In this document: piece by piece, positions 30,734-38,610 of the stretch
How positions within the stretch are numbered: the stretch's first letter is position 1
How the letters are laid out: each line of letters opens with the position of its first letter
The notes under the pieces: model-generated
Databases searched by the model: none
What the model was told of the DNA's origin: nothing
What the model saw: only the letters and a program-made list of their open reading frames with translations
Source of the DNA: Candidatus Heimdallarchaeum endolithica
Lineage (GTDB): Archaea; Asgardarchaeota; Heimdallarchaeia; Heimdallarchaeales; Heimdallarchaeaceae
Reading direction: 5' to 3'
Assembly: GCA_021513715.1 (NCBI GenBank)
Contig: CP084167.1
Coordinates: 1,536,001 to 1,600,000, forward strand
DNA length: 64,000 nt
Translations under genes and position numbers: made by a program

Positions 30734-31624
30734 ATGAACTTTGAATCCCCAATATACGTGAAGAGAGAACAAGCAAGTTACTTATTTAGTAGAGGGATTC
30801 TGGCTACAAGATTAGAAGTTATAGGGCTTAAGTTTCAGCAAGCATATGAGTTATCAAACAAAATCTATCTAAAAATCAAGAAATTACACAAAAATACCAT
30901 ATCAAAGAGTAAACTGGACGAATTTGTCTATAATTCAATTAAACAAGAATACTCTAAAGAGTTAGCAGAAGAATACTTAATGATTGAAAAATTAAGAGAT
31001 ACAAGTATCCCTCTATGGATTGTTATTGCAGGAGCTATTGGAGTAGGAAAAAGTACTTTGTCAAGGAAAATTGCTTCTGATTTTGGAATTAGACATGTAA
31101 TTGGAACAGACATAGTAAGGGACATTCTAAGAAAAACTCTCTCTAAAGATATTGCTCCACAGTTACACACTCCATCATATCTAGCATATAAAACATTGAG
31201 ACCAATTTATAATACACGTTATGATGAAGTGATTATTGGTTACGAAAATCACTCGAAGTATGTTAATATAGGAATTGAAGCTTTACTAAATAGAGCTGCA
31301 ATGGAAAATATTTCTATAATAATTGAAGGAGAGCACTTATTACCTTCTTTTTTTGACAAAGAAACAATAAAAATCTCTAATCTAATTTACATAACTATAT
31401 CTCTAGAAGATGAAAAGGTGCATTTGGAAAATTTAAGTTCACAGTATTCTAGAGAAAAAGATGAGCTAATTAAGCATTTCAAGAATATTCGAAAAATTCA
31501 TGATTTCCTTGTTCATGAAACAAAGATCAGAAAACTACCAGTCATTGAATCTAATGATAAAGAGGCAGTTCTTGCAAATGTTAGGAAATACATAATTGAA
31601 AAAACTAAAAAGGTAATTTTCTGA
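30734..31624 (+). CDS. 2-phosphoglycerate kinase-family protein, second paralog
   Basis: FSRGILA; GAIGVGKS; GTDIVRD; IIEGEHL. Confidence 0.8.
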   Translation: MNFESPIYVKREQASYLFSRGILATRLEVIGLKFQQAYELSNKIYLKIKKLHKNTISKSKLDEFVYNSIKQEYSKELAEEYLMIEKLRDTSIPLWIVIAGAIGVGKSTLSRKIASDFGIRHVIGTDIVRDILRKTLSKDIAPQLHTPSYLAYKTLRPIYNTRYDEVIIGYENHSKYVNIGIEALLNRAAMENISIIIEGEHLLPSFFDKETIKISNLIYITISLEDEKVHLENLSSQYSREKDELIKHFKNIRKIHDFLVHETKIRKLPVIESNDKEAVLANVRKYIIEKTKKVIF

Positions 31625-31669
31625 ACGGTATACAACATAGTTTCTGAACTAAAATCAAATAGTAAAATA

Positions 31670-32524
31670 GTGAACCAAATGGTAACAGATCAAGTTTGTT
31701 TAGAATGTATAAAAAGAACAGCAGAAAGAGCAATAAATAAATTAAAAATAAATGAACCTCAAAAGAAAAATATTGTTAAAAATATCAATCTATTATTAGA
31801 GAAAATAGATAAAACATATTCGCCAATCGAGATAAATTTTGAGGTTTTCAGTAAAATAAGTTCTCTTTCAGGGATTTATGATCCATTGAAAGAATTAAAA
31901 GAACAATCTAATCTTAATGCCTATCAACTTTTACCTTATGTTAAAGAAGAAAAGAGAAAATCAAAAGATGTTTTATTTTCACTTATTAAAGCAGCAGTAG
32001 CAGGAAATATTATTGATTTCTCTATTGATAAAGAAGTAAATCTTCAAAAAACTCTAAAAGAAGTGTTAAAAAGTAACTTCGCAATAAATGATTACAAACT
32101 ATTCCTTGAAAAACTAAAAGATGCAAAAAAGGTACAGCTTTTAACAGATAATGCGGGAGAAATTATTTTTGATTTAGAGTTGTTAGCCTTTCTACAGAAG
32201 AGATTAAATAAAAAAGTCATTATAATAACAAAACGTTATCCTTTTTCTAACGATATTACACTAAAAGAAGTTAAAACTCTAACTAAAAAAATCAAATTGA
32301 AAGGAAAAATAATTAGTATTAATAACAAAAATTATCAAAATTACAAGAATGAAATAAAGAAGAAACTAGACAACAAAGCAGTAGTTATAAGTAAAGGACA
32401 GGGGAATTATGAACTTTTGTCAGACGAAAAACTGAATATTTTCTTCCTTTTAATGATGAAATGCCCTATTATTGCTAAAGAAATAGGTTGTAATGTTGGA
32501 GATGTAGTCTTTTTTCAAAAATAA
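31670..32524 (+). CDS. DUF89/ARMT1-like damage-control phosphatase
   Basis: CLEC, AGNIIDF, DNAGEIIFD, ND, SKGQGNYE, KC. Confidence 0.88.
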   Translation: MNQMVTDQVCLECIKRTAERAINKLKINEPQKKNIVKNINLLLEKIDKTYSPIEINFEVFSKISSLSGIYDPLKELKEQSNLNAYQLLPYVKEEKRKSKDVLFSLIKAAVAGNIIDFSIDKEVNLQKTLKEVLKSNFAINDYKLFLEKLKDAKKVQLLTDNAGEIIFDLELLAFLQKRLNKKVIIITKRYPFSNDITLKEVKTLTKKIKLKGKIISINNKNYQNYKNEIKKKLDNKAVVISKGQGNYELLSDEKLNIFFLLMMKCPIIAKEIGCNVGDVVFFQK

Positions 32525-32783
32525 TCTTTCTATGCCAAATTACTAAAAAAGATTATAAACAAACTGATTTAAGTCAAAATAACGAGATATTTATTCATTG
32601 TAAAACCTCACTCAAGAAATGGTGAAGTAAAAAAAATGGGCATTAGTAGAAGAAGAAATTAAAAGAAGAGATCTAGATTACCAAGTGCAGCTTACGAAAA
32701 AAAGAAGGCATGCTTCTATTTTTTACGTAATTTACAGCTGTTGAGGAAGAAGGAGGAAAAAGAGAAGAGAGGAAGGAGAGGGG

Positions 32784-32791
32784 TTTTTATA
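32784..32791 (+). promoter_or_regulatory. Probable TATA box for tnpB
   Basis: TTTTTATA embedded in a polypurine tract ~60 nt upstream of the ATG. Confidence 0.4.
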
Positions 32792-32853
32792 GGGAAAAAA
32801 AGTAAAATAAAAAGAGAAGAAGAAAAAATAAAACAGAAAGAGGAAGGAAAAAA

Positions 32854-34314
32854 ATGGTGGAGGACGTCGTCAAAACCTTGAAAGTGAGAATAAAGAAGGA
32901 GGTATTGACGACGAGGAAGAAGGAAAGGCTAAGGCGAATAACGGGGAGAGACACGAGGATAATAGAGAAGTATGTGAGAATAATACATCATAACAGAAGA
33001 AAAATATGTACTAAAACTAAAAAAGGGAAAATAAGAGTGCATAGAGGAAAATTAGATGAACTGACACTAACTACTTCAAAAGTTAAAGAAGAAGAGAGAA
33101 GAACAACTGTTCCTCACGATCTGAAGAAAATGTTCCCTTATTGTTCTCACAATGAATTCCAAGAGTGTAGAGATATAGCCGTACAATTATATGAACAAGG
33201 GTATAGACCCAGTCCTACTCGTCCTCCAATAAAGAGAGCAAGAAGACAATTAATTAACAAAAAGAGGTTCATTCTCGTTCATCTGCCAAAAGAGAAGAAT
33301 AACACTCTCACTCGTTGGTGGGTGGGGATAAGAGACTCGTTAGATACGTGGAAAAGAAACACTCCTTATCATCAGAAACTATGGTTACCTTTAGAGATGA
33401 GCACTTTCCACCAGAAGGAATTGAAGAAAGGGAGAATAAAAAGTCTAGAACTAAGATATAGACATTCTACACGTGAGTGGTGGGTATATTTCCAACTGAG
33501 AGTTCTTCCTCCTTCTTTTTATCTCACAAGTCAAGGAGATAATTCTTCTTCTCTTCCCCCAGCTGTGCTGGGAATAGATCTAGGTATAAACATTCTTGCT
33601 ACAGGAGTGTTACTGACCCCTAAAAAGAAGTTAACAAACAAAGAGATAAAGTTTTGGTATACCAAACAGTGGAATAGAGTCAATCATAGATATAAACTTA
33701 AACTTTCCCGTCTTCAGAGGAAAGGGGATTTAAATGACCAGTCGGGTAAAAAACACCAACTTTACCGTTTTCTCGGTCTTCTCCGAAGAAGATATAGAAA
33801 CGTTAAACAAGCATATATTCACCAATTTATAAACGATGTTGTGCAGACGATAGAGACCTATGCACGAAGGTATGACCTATTCGTCGTTGTAGGTTACCCT
33901 AAACACATTCGAGAGGAGAAAGAAAAAGGAAAAGGTAAAAGTAGTCGTAAGTTTCGTAGAAAACTTCACCAGTGGAATTTTTTTCTTATTCTTGCTCTTC
34001 TCCGTCGGGCATTGATATTAAGCGGTTTTGAACCTCACCGAATATTAACGATAGAGGAAAAAGGGACATCTTCTCACTGTGCTCGTTGTGGGAGGAAAGT
34101 TATCCGTCCAGTAAGAGGTTTAGTGCATTGCCCCTCTTGCGATTACACTTTCCACTCTGACCTCACAGGAGCAATGAATATCGCTCGTAAGTTCCTTGGT
34201 TCTCTTTTTCGTCCTCGAGGAACTACTATTACTGATTACCTCACTGGTTATAGATACAGTTCTACCCATTTCACCGTTTGTCGAGGGCTCAGCCATTGGT
34301 TGCAGCCCCAGTAG
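32854..34314 (+). CDS. tnpB: TnpB-family RNA-guided endonuclease with rearranged RuvC-II
   Basis: RuvC-I LGIDLG; VVVGYP in place of canonical E; EEKGTSSHCARC...CPSC Zn finger; RuvC-III HSDLTGAMNIA. Confidence 0.9.
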   Translation: MVEDVVKTLKVRIKKEVLTTRKKERLRRITGRDTRIIEKYVRIIHHNRRKICTKTKKGKIRVHRGKLDELTLTTSKVKEEERRTTVPHDLKKMFPYCSHNEFQECRDIAVQLYEQGYRPSPTRPPIKRARRQLINKKRFILVHLPKEKNNTLTRWWVGIRDSLDTWKRNTPYHQKLWLPLEMSTFHQKELKKGRIKSLELRYRHSTREWWVYFQLRVLPPSFYLTSQGDNSSSLPPAVLGIDLGINILATGVLLTPKKKLTNKEIKFWYTKQWNRVNHRYKLKLSRLQRKGDLNDQSGKKHQLYRFLGLLRRRYRNVKQAYIHQFINDVVQTIETYARRYDLFVVVGYPKHIREEKEKGKGKSSRKFRRKLHQWNFFLILALLRRALILSGFEPHRILTIEEKGTSSHCARCGRKVIRPVRGLVHCPSCDYTFHSDLTGAMNIARKFLGSLFRPRGTTITDYLTGYRYSSTHFTVCRGLSHWLQPQ

Positions 34315-34558
34315 ACAAAAAGGAAAGCACTAATTCTCTCCTCTTGTGTTAGAGTTAGTTCTTTCTTTTTTGTCTCTCGTGGAGTGAAGAAAAGAGTTTT
34401 TAGTTCTTTTCTTCTTTATGATTCCCACGATTCGTGTATGCTGTCTGTCTCAACCCCTTCATAGCATTGTATGGCTTGGTTGAGTTCAAGAGATTAAACT
34501 TTTACTTATTTTTCTCTTGCAAGACTGAGTGCGAAAAACTTTACGTAAAAAAGTAAAT
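34315..34558 (+). ncRNA. Putative omegaRNA (reRNA) scaffold of the TnpB element
   Basis: Non-coding right end with three stem-loops: 34329-34359; 34377-34430 (includes perfect GAAGAAAAGA/TCTTTTCTTC); 34449-34484 (CTCAACC/GGTTGAG). Confidence 0.6.
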
Positions 34559-35448
34559 CATGCAACAGAAATAACAAAAGACAATATTAAGGATTTTGAT
34601 GTTTTTGTTTCTTGTGGTGAAGATGGAACAGTTAATGGAATTATAAATGGTTTAGCTGAAACAGATAAAACTCTTGGGATACTACCCATAGGTAACGGAA
34701 ATGATTACGCGACCTTACTTAGCGTTAAAGGATCATATATTCAAGCTCTTAATATTCTTGAAGAAAATAAAAAAACAGAATTAAACCTTGGGTTTGCTAT
34801 CGCTGACACAAAACACTATTTTGCAAACATAGCAGAAACAGGAATCACTTCAGTAATCGCTAAAGCTTCATATACTGAATTAAAATGGATAAAAGGATTA
34901 CCAAAGTATTATATTCTTGGATTAAAAAAAATTTCCAGCTATAAACCTATTCAAGCTCACATCAGAGTTGATAATTATGAAAGAAAAACAAAACTAATTG
35001 TTTGTGCTATTGGCCTTGGTTATCGTTTTGGAGGAGGATTTAACGTTTTACCTGGAAATAAACCCTATTTTGGAGACTTTCAAGTTTGTATTGCTGGTGA
35101 TGTACCAAAATGGAAATGGTACTGGATGATCAACAAAATAAAAAATGGTACACATGGGGATATTAAAGGAGTGAATTTTGTAAGAGGAAAAAAAATCGAA
35201 ATAGAAACTGAAAAACAATTACCTATTGAAGGAGAAGGAGAAGTATTTAGCGAAAATTCAACTAAAGCAACATTTGAGTTATCACAATCAAAGTTAAAAA
35301 TTATTGTTGGAAAAGAATTCTTAAAAAACAAGATTGAATTTGAAACAAGAAACAAAAAGTAATATAACAGAAATTTTGATTTCTTAATAAACTTTATTTT
35401 TTTAAAAATGGTTAATATAATCAATAATATCTTTCTGAGGAAAATCTA

Positions 35449-35901
35449 ATGCATAAGGGGTTTATAACAAGAGAACTCACTAGTGAAGAAATAAGCCACA
35501 AAAAGATATTCATTAAAATCGAAGATAGAGTCTTGTTTCCCCGAGGTATCTTTTTCATAGATTATTTAGATAATTCATTTGGAGTTTACTTATCAGACAA
35601 AGGTTTTTTGGAGGGATTAGAACAGTGGTTTAATGAATTTCCTTCTTTAAAAAAAGGAGATATTATTATTATTGCTAAACACAGTTCTGGTTTTTCCTTA
35701 AATACTACATCACCAATAGTTCAATCTCAGATTTCTTTAATAATGGAAATGCAGAGGGTACAGATGTTAACTGTAGATGATATTCTATGTCCTAACTGTT
35801 ACTACTCTCTAGAAGAGGAAAAACTACCTAAAAATTCTCCTCATTTGTTAAAATTAAAATGCAGTCGATGTGGTTTTATTCTTATAAAAACCAAAATTTA
35901 A
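35449..35901 (+). CDS. B3/pseudobarrel-like domain + C-terminal Zn ribbon, paralog 1
   Basis: FITRELTSEEI...IFI...LFP...GLEQWF...LKKGDIIII; CPNC...CSRC. Confidence 0.6.
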   Translation: MHKGFITRELTSEEISHKKIFIKIEDRVLFPRGIFFIDYLDNSFGVYLSDKGFLEGLEQWFNEFPSLKKGDIIIIAKHSSGFSLNTTSPIVQSQISLIMEMQRVQMLTVDDILCPNCYYSLEEEKLPKNSPHLLKLKCSRCGFILIKTKI

Positions 35902-35963
35902 TTTTAAAGGAAATTTGGCAGAAAATTAATTAATCAATATCATAATATGGAGTATGTTAGACA

Positions 35964-36431
35964 ATGCACGTTGGATTCATTATCCGAGAATTAACAGAAG
36001 AAGAGATTAACCATAAGTGTCTATATGTTTTTGAAAGGGACAGAATACTTTTTCCAAATGTAGGAATTCTTTTTTTTGTCGAATCATATGAAGAAACCTA
36101 TGGAGTAAGAATAGATCAAGAAGGGTTTCTTAGAGGGCTAGAAACATGGTTCTCAAAGTATCCTCACAACCCGGGCGACACAATAATCATAGCTAAAACA
36201 GCTGAAAGTTTTTCTTTAAGTAGTTCTTCTGAACTCATTCAACAAATTATTGGAGAAACATACGAAAAAGTTCGTGTCGATGAAATGGATGAAAAATCTG
36301 AATCATGCCCAAATTGTCAATATCAATTAGAAAGGGCGGCGAAAAAGGAAGATCGTACCATTTTCAAGTGTGCTCGTTGTGGGTTTACTATGGTTAGAAG
36401 AATAAAAGATAATGAAAGTAAAGAGAACTAA
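35964..36431 (+). CDS. B3/pseudobarrel-like domain + C-terminal Zn ribbon, paralog 2
   Basis: FIIRELTEEEI...LYV...LFP...GLETWF...PGDTIII; CPNC...CARC. Confidence 0.6.
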   Translation: MHVGFIIRELTEEEINHKCLYVFERDRILFPNVGILFFVESYEETYGVRIDQEGFLRGLETWFSKYPHNPGDTIIIAKTAESFSLSSSSELIQQIIGETYEKVRVDEMDEKSESCPNCQYQLERAAKKEDRTIFKCARCGFTMVRRIKDNESKEN

Positions 36432-36441
36432 GTTTTTCATT

Positions 36442-36720
36442 TTAGGTATAAACAAACAGAGCACTCCCAATTACTCCCAAAATGAGAATTAGAAATATCG
36501 ATGTAATAAGAATGTTTTTTATTTTTTCTATTCTCAAACACTTAGGACATAATAAAAGTTTAACATTTTGTGGCTTTTGAGGTGAAAACATTGCTGAAAT
36601 AGCATTTGTTTTCCAATATTCATTAGTACAAGAAGTGCAAATAGGTTTATAGCACCTATCACATTTTGTTTCTGCTTTGACTTCTGTGTGAATATAACAT
36701 TTTTCTTCCATTATAATCAA
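36442..36720 (-). CDS. Small B-box-like Zn-finger protein with C-terminal TM anchor
   Basis: CYIH...CDRC.KPICTSC...CPKC then hydrophobic tail. Confidence 0.7.
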   Translation of the reverse strand: MIIMEEKCYIHTEVKAETKCDRCYKPICTSCTNEYWKTNAISAMFSPQKPQNVKLLLCPKCLRIEKIKNILITSIFLILILGVIGSALFVYT

Positions 36721-36868
36721 CCAAGTTATTGAAGCCTCAGAAAAAGTCGTTACATCATCATTCAGCTCGTTGCAACTTCATCATAGGCATGTAAGTTTTT
36801 TCTATAGTTTTAAAACCGTTTCTCTTCTACTCAATTTTATTGAATTTGAGTTAAATGTTTTTAAAATT

Positions 36869-36889
36869 AAAAATCAGGATTCCCTGATT
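36869..36889 (-). terminator. Possible hairpin/T-tract terminator downstream of tRNA-Thr
   Basis: AATCAGG-4 nt-CCTGATT inverted repeat followed by a T-run on the minus strand. Confidence 0.3.
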
Positions 36890-36901
36890 AAAAACAAATT
36901 A

Positions 36902-36976
36902 TGGAGCCCCGGAGGGGAATTGAACCCCTGACCTGCGGATTACGAATCCGACGCTTTACCACTTAGCCACCGAGGC
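36902..36976 (-). tRNA. tRNA-Thr(CGT), CCA encoded
   Basis: Reverse complement GCCTCGG...CGGA-TTCGTAA-TCCG...GGTTCAATTCC...CCGGGGC-T-CCA. Confidence 0.95.
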
Positions 36977-37210
36977 GAAGTATTCTTTTTTGAAGGTTTC
37001 TTTGTTTGTTCCCTTTTTAATTCTAAAAATTTTTTCATTTGTGATAATGCGAGGGAATTCAATATTCATATAATAATGACTGGGATTTTTTCTGTATGAT
37101 GTGTTGCAGGGTTGGGTAGAGCTCCGAAGAAATTGAGCAAAATTTCAGCTCATATCATCAAAGTATTACAACGTCATTTATTTAGAACCATATTATTCAT
37201 GTTGGAGGAA

Positions 37211-37825
37211 ATGATACACAATATTTGGATTGCTAAGGATACTGGTGAATGCTTATACCATAGAAGATATAATGATGATATTAACGTAGATGAGAATTTA
37301 ATAACAAGTTTTCTCTCTGCAATTGAGATTTTTGCTCAAAATGTCGATTCTGGCTGTGAACAACTTGAAACGAAAAGATACAAATTTGTTTATGCTCAAA
37401 CAGATAATACTGTCACAGTTGCTTGTATCGACAAACAAGATGATGATGCCTATATTAAAAAAGAAGTTGAAGCAATTCAAAATGAGTTTAAATCCCGTTT
37501 CAGCAAAATGTTAGAAAATTGGAATGGAAGAGTGGAATTATTTAGCACAATGGACGAATTTGTTGATAAAAGATTATCCTCTTTTAATTCTATTCTAGGT
37601 TCGTTTAAAAACAAAAAATTGGAGCTGAATGAGATGATCATTAAACAAAAACCTAAATTAAAACTCAGTCCTCAGCAAGAGAAAGTCATATCACTGATCA
37701 GATACAAGGGAACAGCAACATTACAAGACATTTGTAAATGGATGAAATTGACAGAGCCAGATGCAGAGATAGCAGCAAAGAGTCTTTTACACAACAACAT
37801 TATACGTGAGGTTACTAGCGCTTAA
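37211..37825 (+). CDS. Longin-like domain + C-terminal winged-helix protein
   Basis: GGAGG RBS before ATG 37211; MIHNIWIAKDTGECLYHRRY...LITSFLSAI..F...F..RF...LENWNG...F; KLSPQQEKVISLIRYKGTATLQDI wHTH. Confidence 0.7.
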   Translation: MIHNIWIAKDTGECLYHRRYNDDINVDENLITSFLSAIEIFAQNVDSGCEQLETKRYKFVYAQTDNTVTVACIDKQDDDAYIKKEVEAIQNEFKSRFSKMLENWNGRVELFSTMDEFVDKRLSSFNSILGSFKNKKLELNEMIIKQKPKLKLSPQQEKVISLIRYKGTATLQDICKWMKLTEPDAEIAAKSLLHNNIIREVTSA

Positions 37826-37837
37826 TTATTTCTTTTT

Positions 37838-38089
37838 CTATTTTACTTTCTTTTTAGGTGAAGACTTGCTCATCCATTCAGGTTCAACTTGTTTTCCAAG
37901 CTCTTTATTAAATTCTTGAACCAAAACTCTAGCTTGCTTAGAAGTATCGACAGTTCTTATTTCACGTTTATAAACGTCAATTCTTTTATTACAATAGGGG
38001 CATTGTTTTGTTTTTTGTCCTGTTTTACAATAAGTAAATTTTCCACAATATCTATTTGAACATCGTACTATTGTATACACATTTTTCAC
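37838..38089 (-). CDS. DUF1922-like Zn-ribbon protein
   Basis: YTIVRCSNRYCG...KTKQCPYCNK; GTG start overlapping the yjbQ stop (ORF track start 38164 overlaps yjbQ). Confidence 0.65.
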   Translation of the reverse strand: MKNVYTIVRCSNRYCGKFTYCKTGQKTKQCPYCNKRIDVYKREIRTVDTSKQARVLVQEFNKELGKQVEPEWMSKSSPKKKVK

Positions 38090-38499
38090 TGTCCAATAAT
38101 TGTAACTGCAACCCTTCGATGTCGACTTCTGACATCTAAGCAGATGAAAACAGCTTGCTGCCATGTTCCTAACTGTAACCTCGAATTATGGATAGAAAGA
38201 GACAAACTCGGACCAATTAAACTTGCTCTTAAATGTGAATGAGCATTTGAATCGATCAGGTCATGTTTGTAACCTGCGCCTTTTGGCACTAGTTTCTCCA
38301 ATATCTGCTTAAAGTCAGTTAGTACTCTTGTTTCATACTCTATCGTAGTTAAAGCACCAGTCGAACCTATTACATTTGCAGATAAAACACCATTCTTTAT
38401 TTTTGATTTAGAAACAAGATCTTCAAACATAGAAGTTAAATCTACAATTGTTATTTCTCCCTTTGTATCAAATTCTAATATTTCAGAATAGACTTCCAT
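38086..38499 (-). CDS. YjbQ/UPF0047 family protein
   Basis: STGALTTIE, YKHD, NAHSHLRASLIG, LGTWQ. Confidence 0.9.
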   Translation of the reverse strand: MEVYSEILEFDTKGEITIVDLTSMFEDLVSKSKIKNGVLSANVIGSTGALTTIEYETRVLTDFKQILEKLVPKGAGYKHDLIDSNAHSHLRASLIGPSLSLSIHNSRLQLGTWQQAVFICLDVRSRHRRVAVTIIGQ

Positions 38500-38610
38500 T
38501 TTCTTCTCGAAATACTATTTGTATTATCTTTTTTAATTCTTGGTTTTCATTAAAAGATTGATTTATTTCAAAATCGTAAAAATGTTTATTATCTTTTATA
38601 CGTAAATAAA

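Larger units (their letters stand above)
32713..34558 (+). mobile_element. Non-autonomous TnpB-only element (IS607/IS200-605 related), ~1.85 kb
   Basis: Boundaries defined by the interrupted kinase gene; CATG(C) at 32709 and 34559; inverted TTTTTTACGTAA motifs at 32719-32730 and 34541-34552; no tnpA. Confidence 0.85.
32579..35362 (+). pseudogene. Diacylglycerol/lipid kinase (YegS/DgkB family) gene split by the TnpB element
   Basis: 5' part 32579-32713 (ATA start, YLFIVKPHSRNG, frameshift in an 8-A run, ...LTKKRRHA) rejoins 3' part HATEIT...SCGEDGTVN...PIGNGND...FGGG...EGEGE. Confidence 0.85.

Noticed and set aside
32854-34314. TnpB as a CRISPR-associated Cas12f
   Set aside because: No repeat-spacer array or cas genes are seen; it lies in an insertion that splits a host gene
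34529-34558. GTG start of the 277-aa ORF as a real gene start
   Set aside because: The first 10 codons derive from the element's right end; the true 5' part of the kinase lies at 32579-32713
11909-36976. tRNA-anchored integrated element between tRNA-Arg and tRNA-Thr
   Set aside because: No duplicated tRNA 3' end or integrase was seen, and the interval holds core genes (pheST)
37112-37210. N-terminal extension of the longin-like ORF
   Set aside because: A GGAGG RBS precedes ATG 37211, where the domain begins
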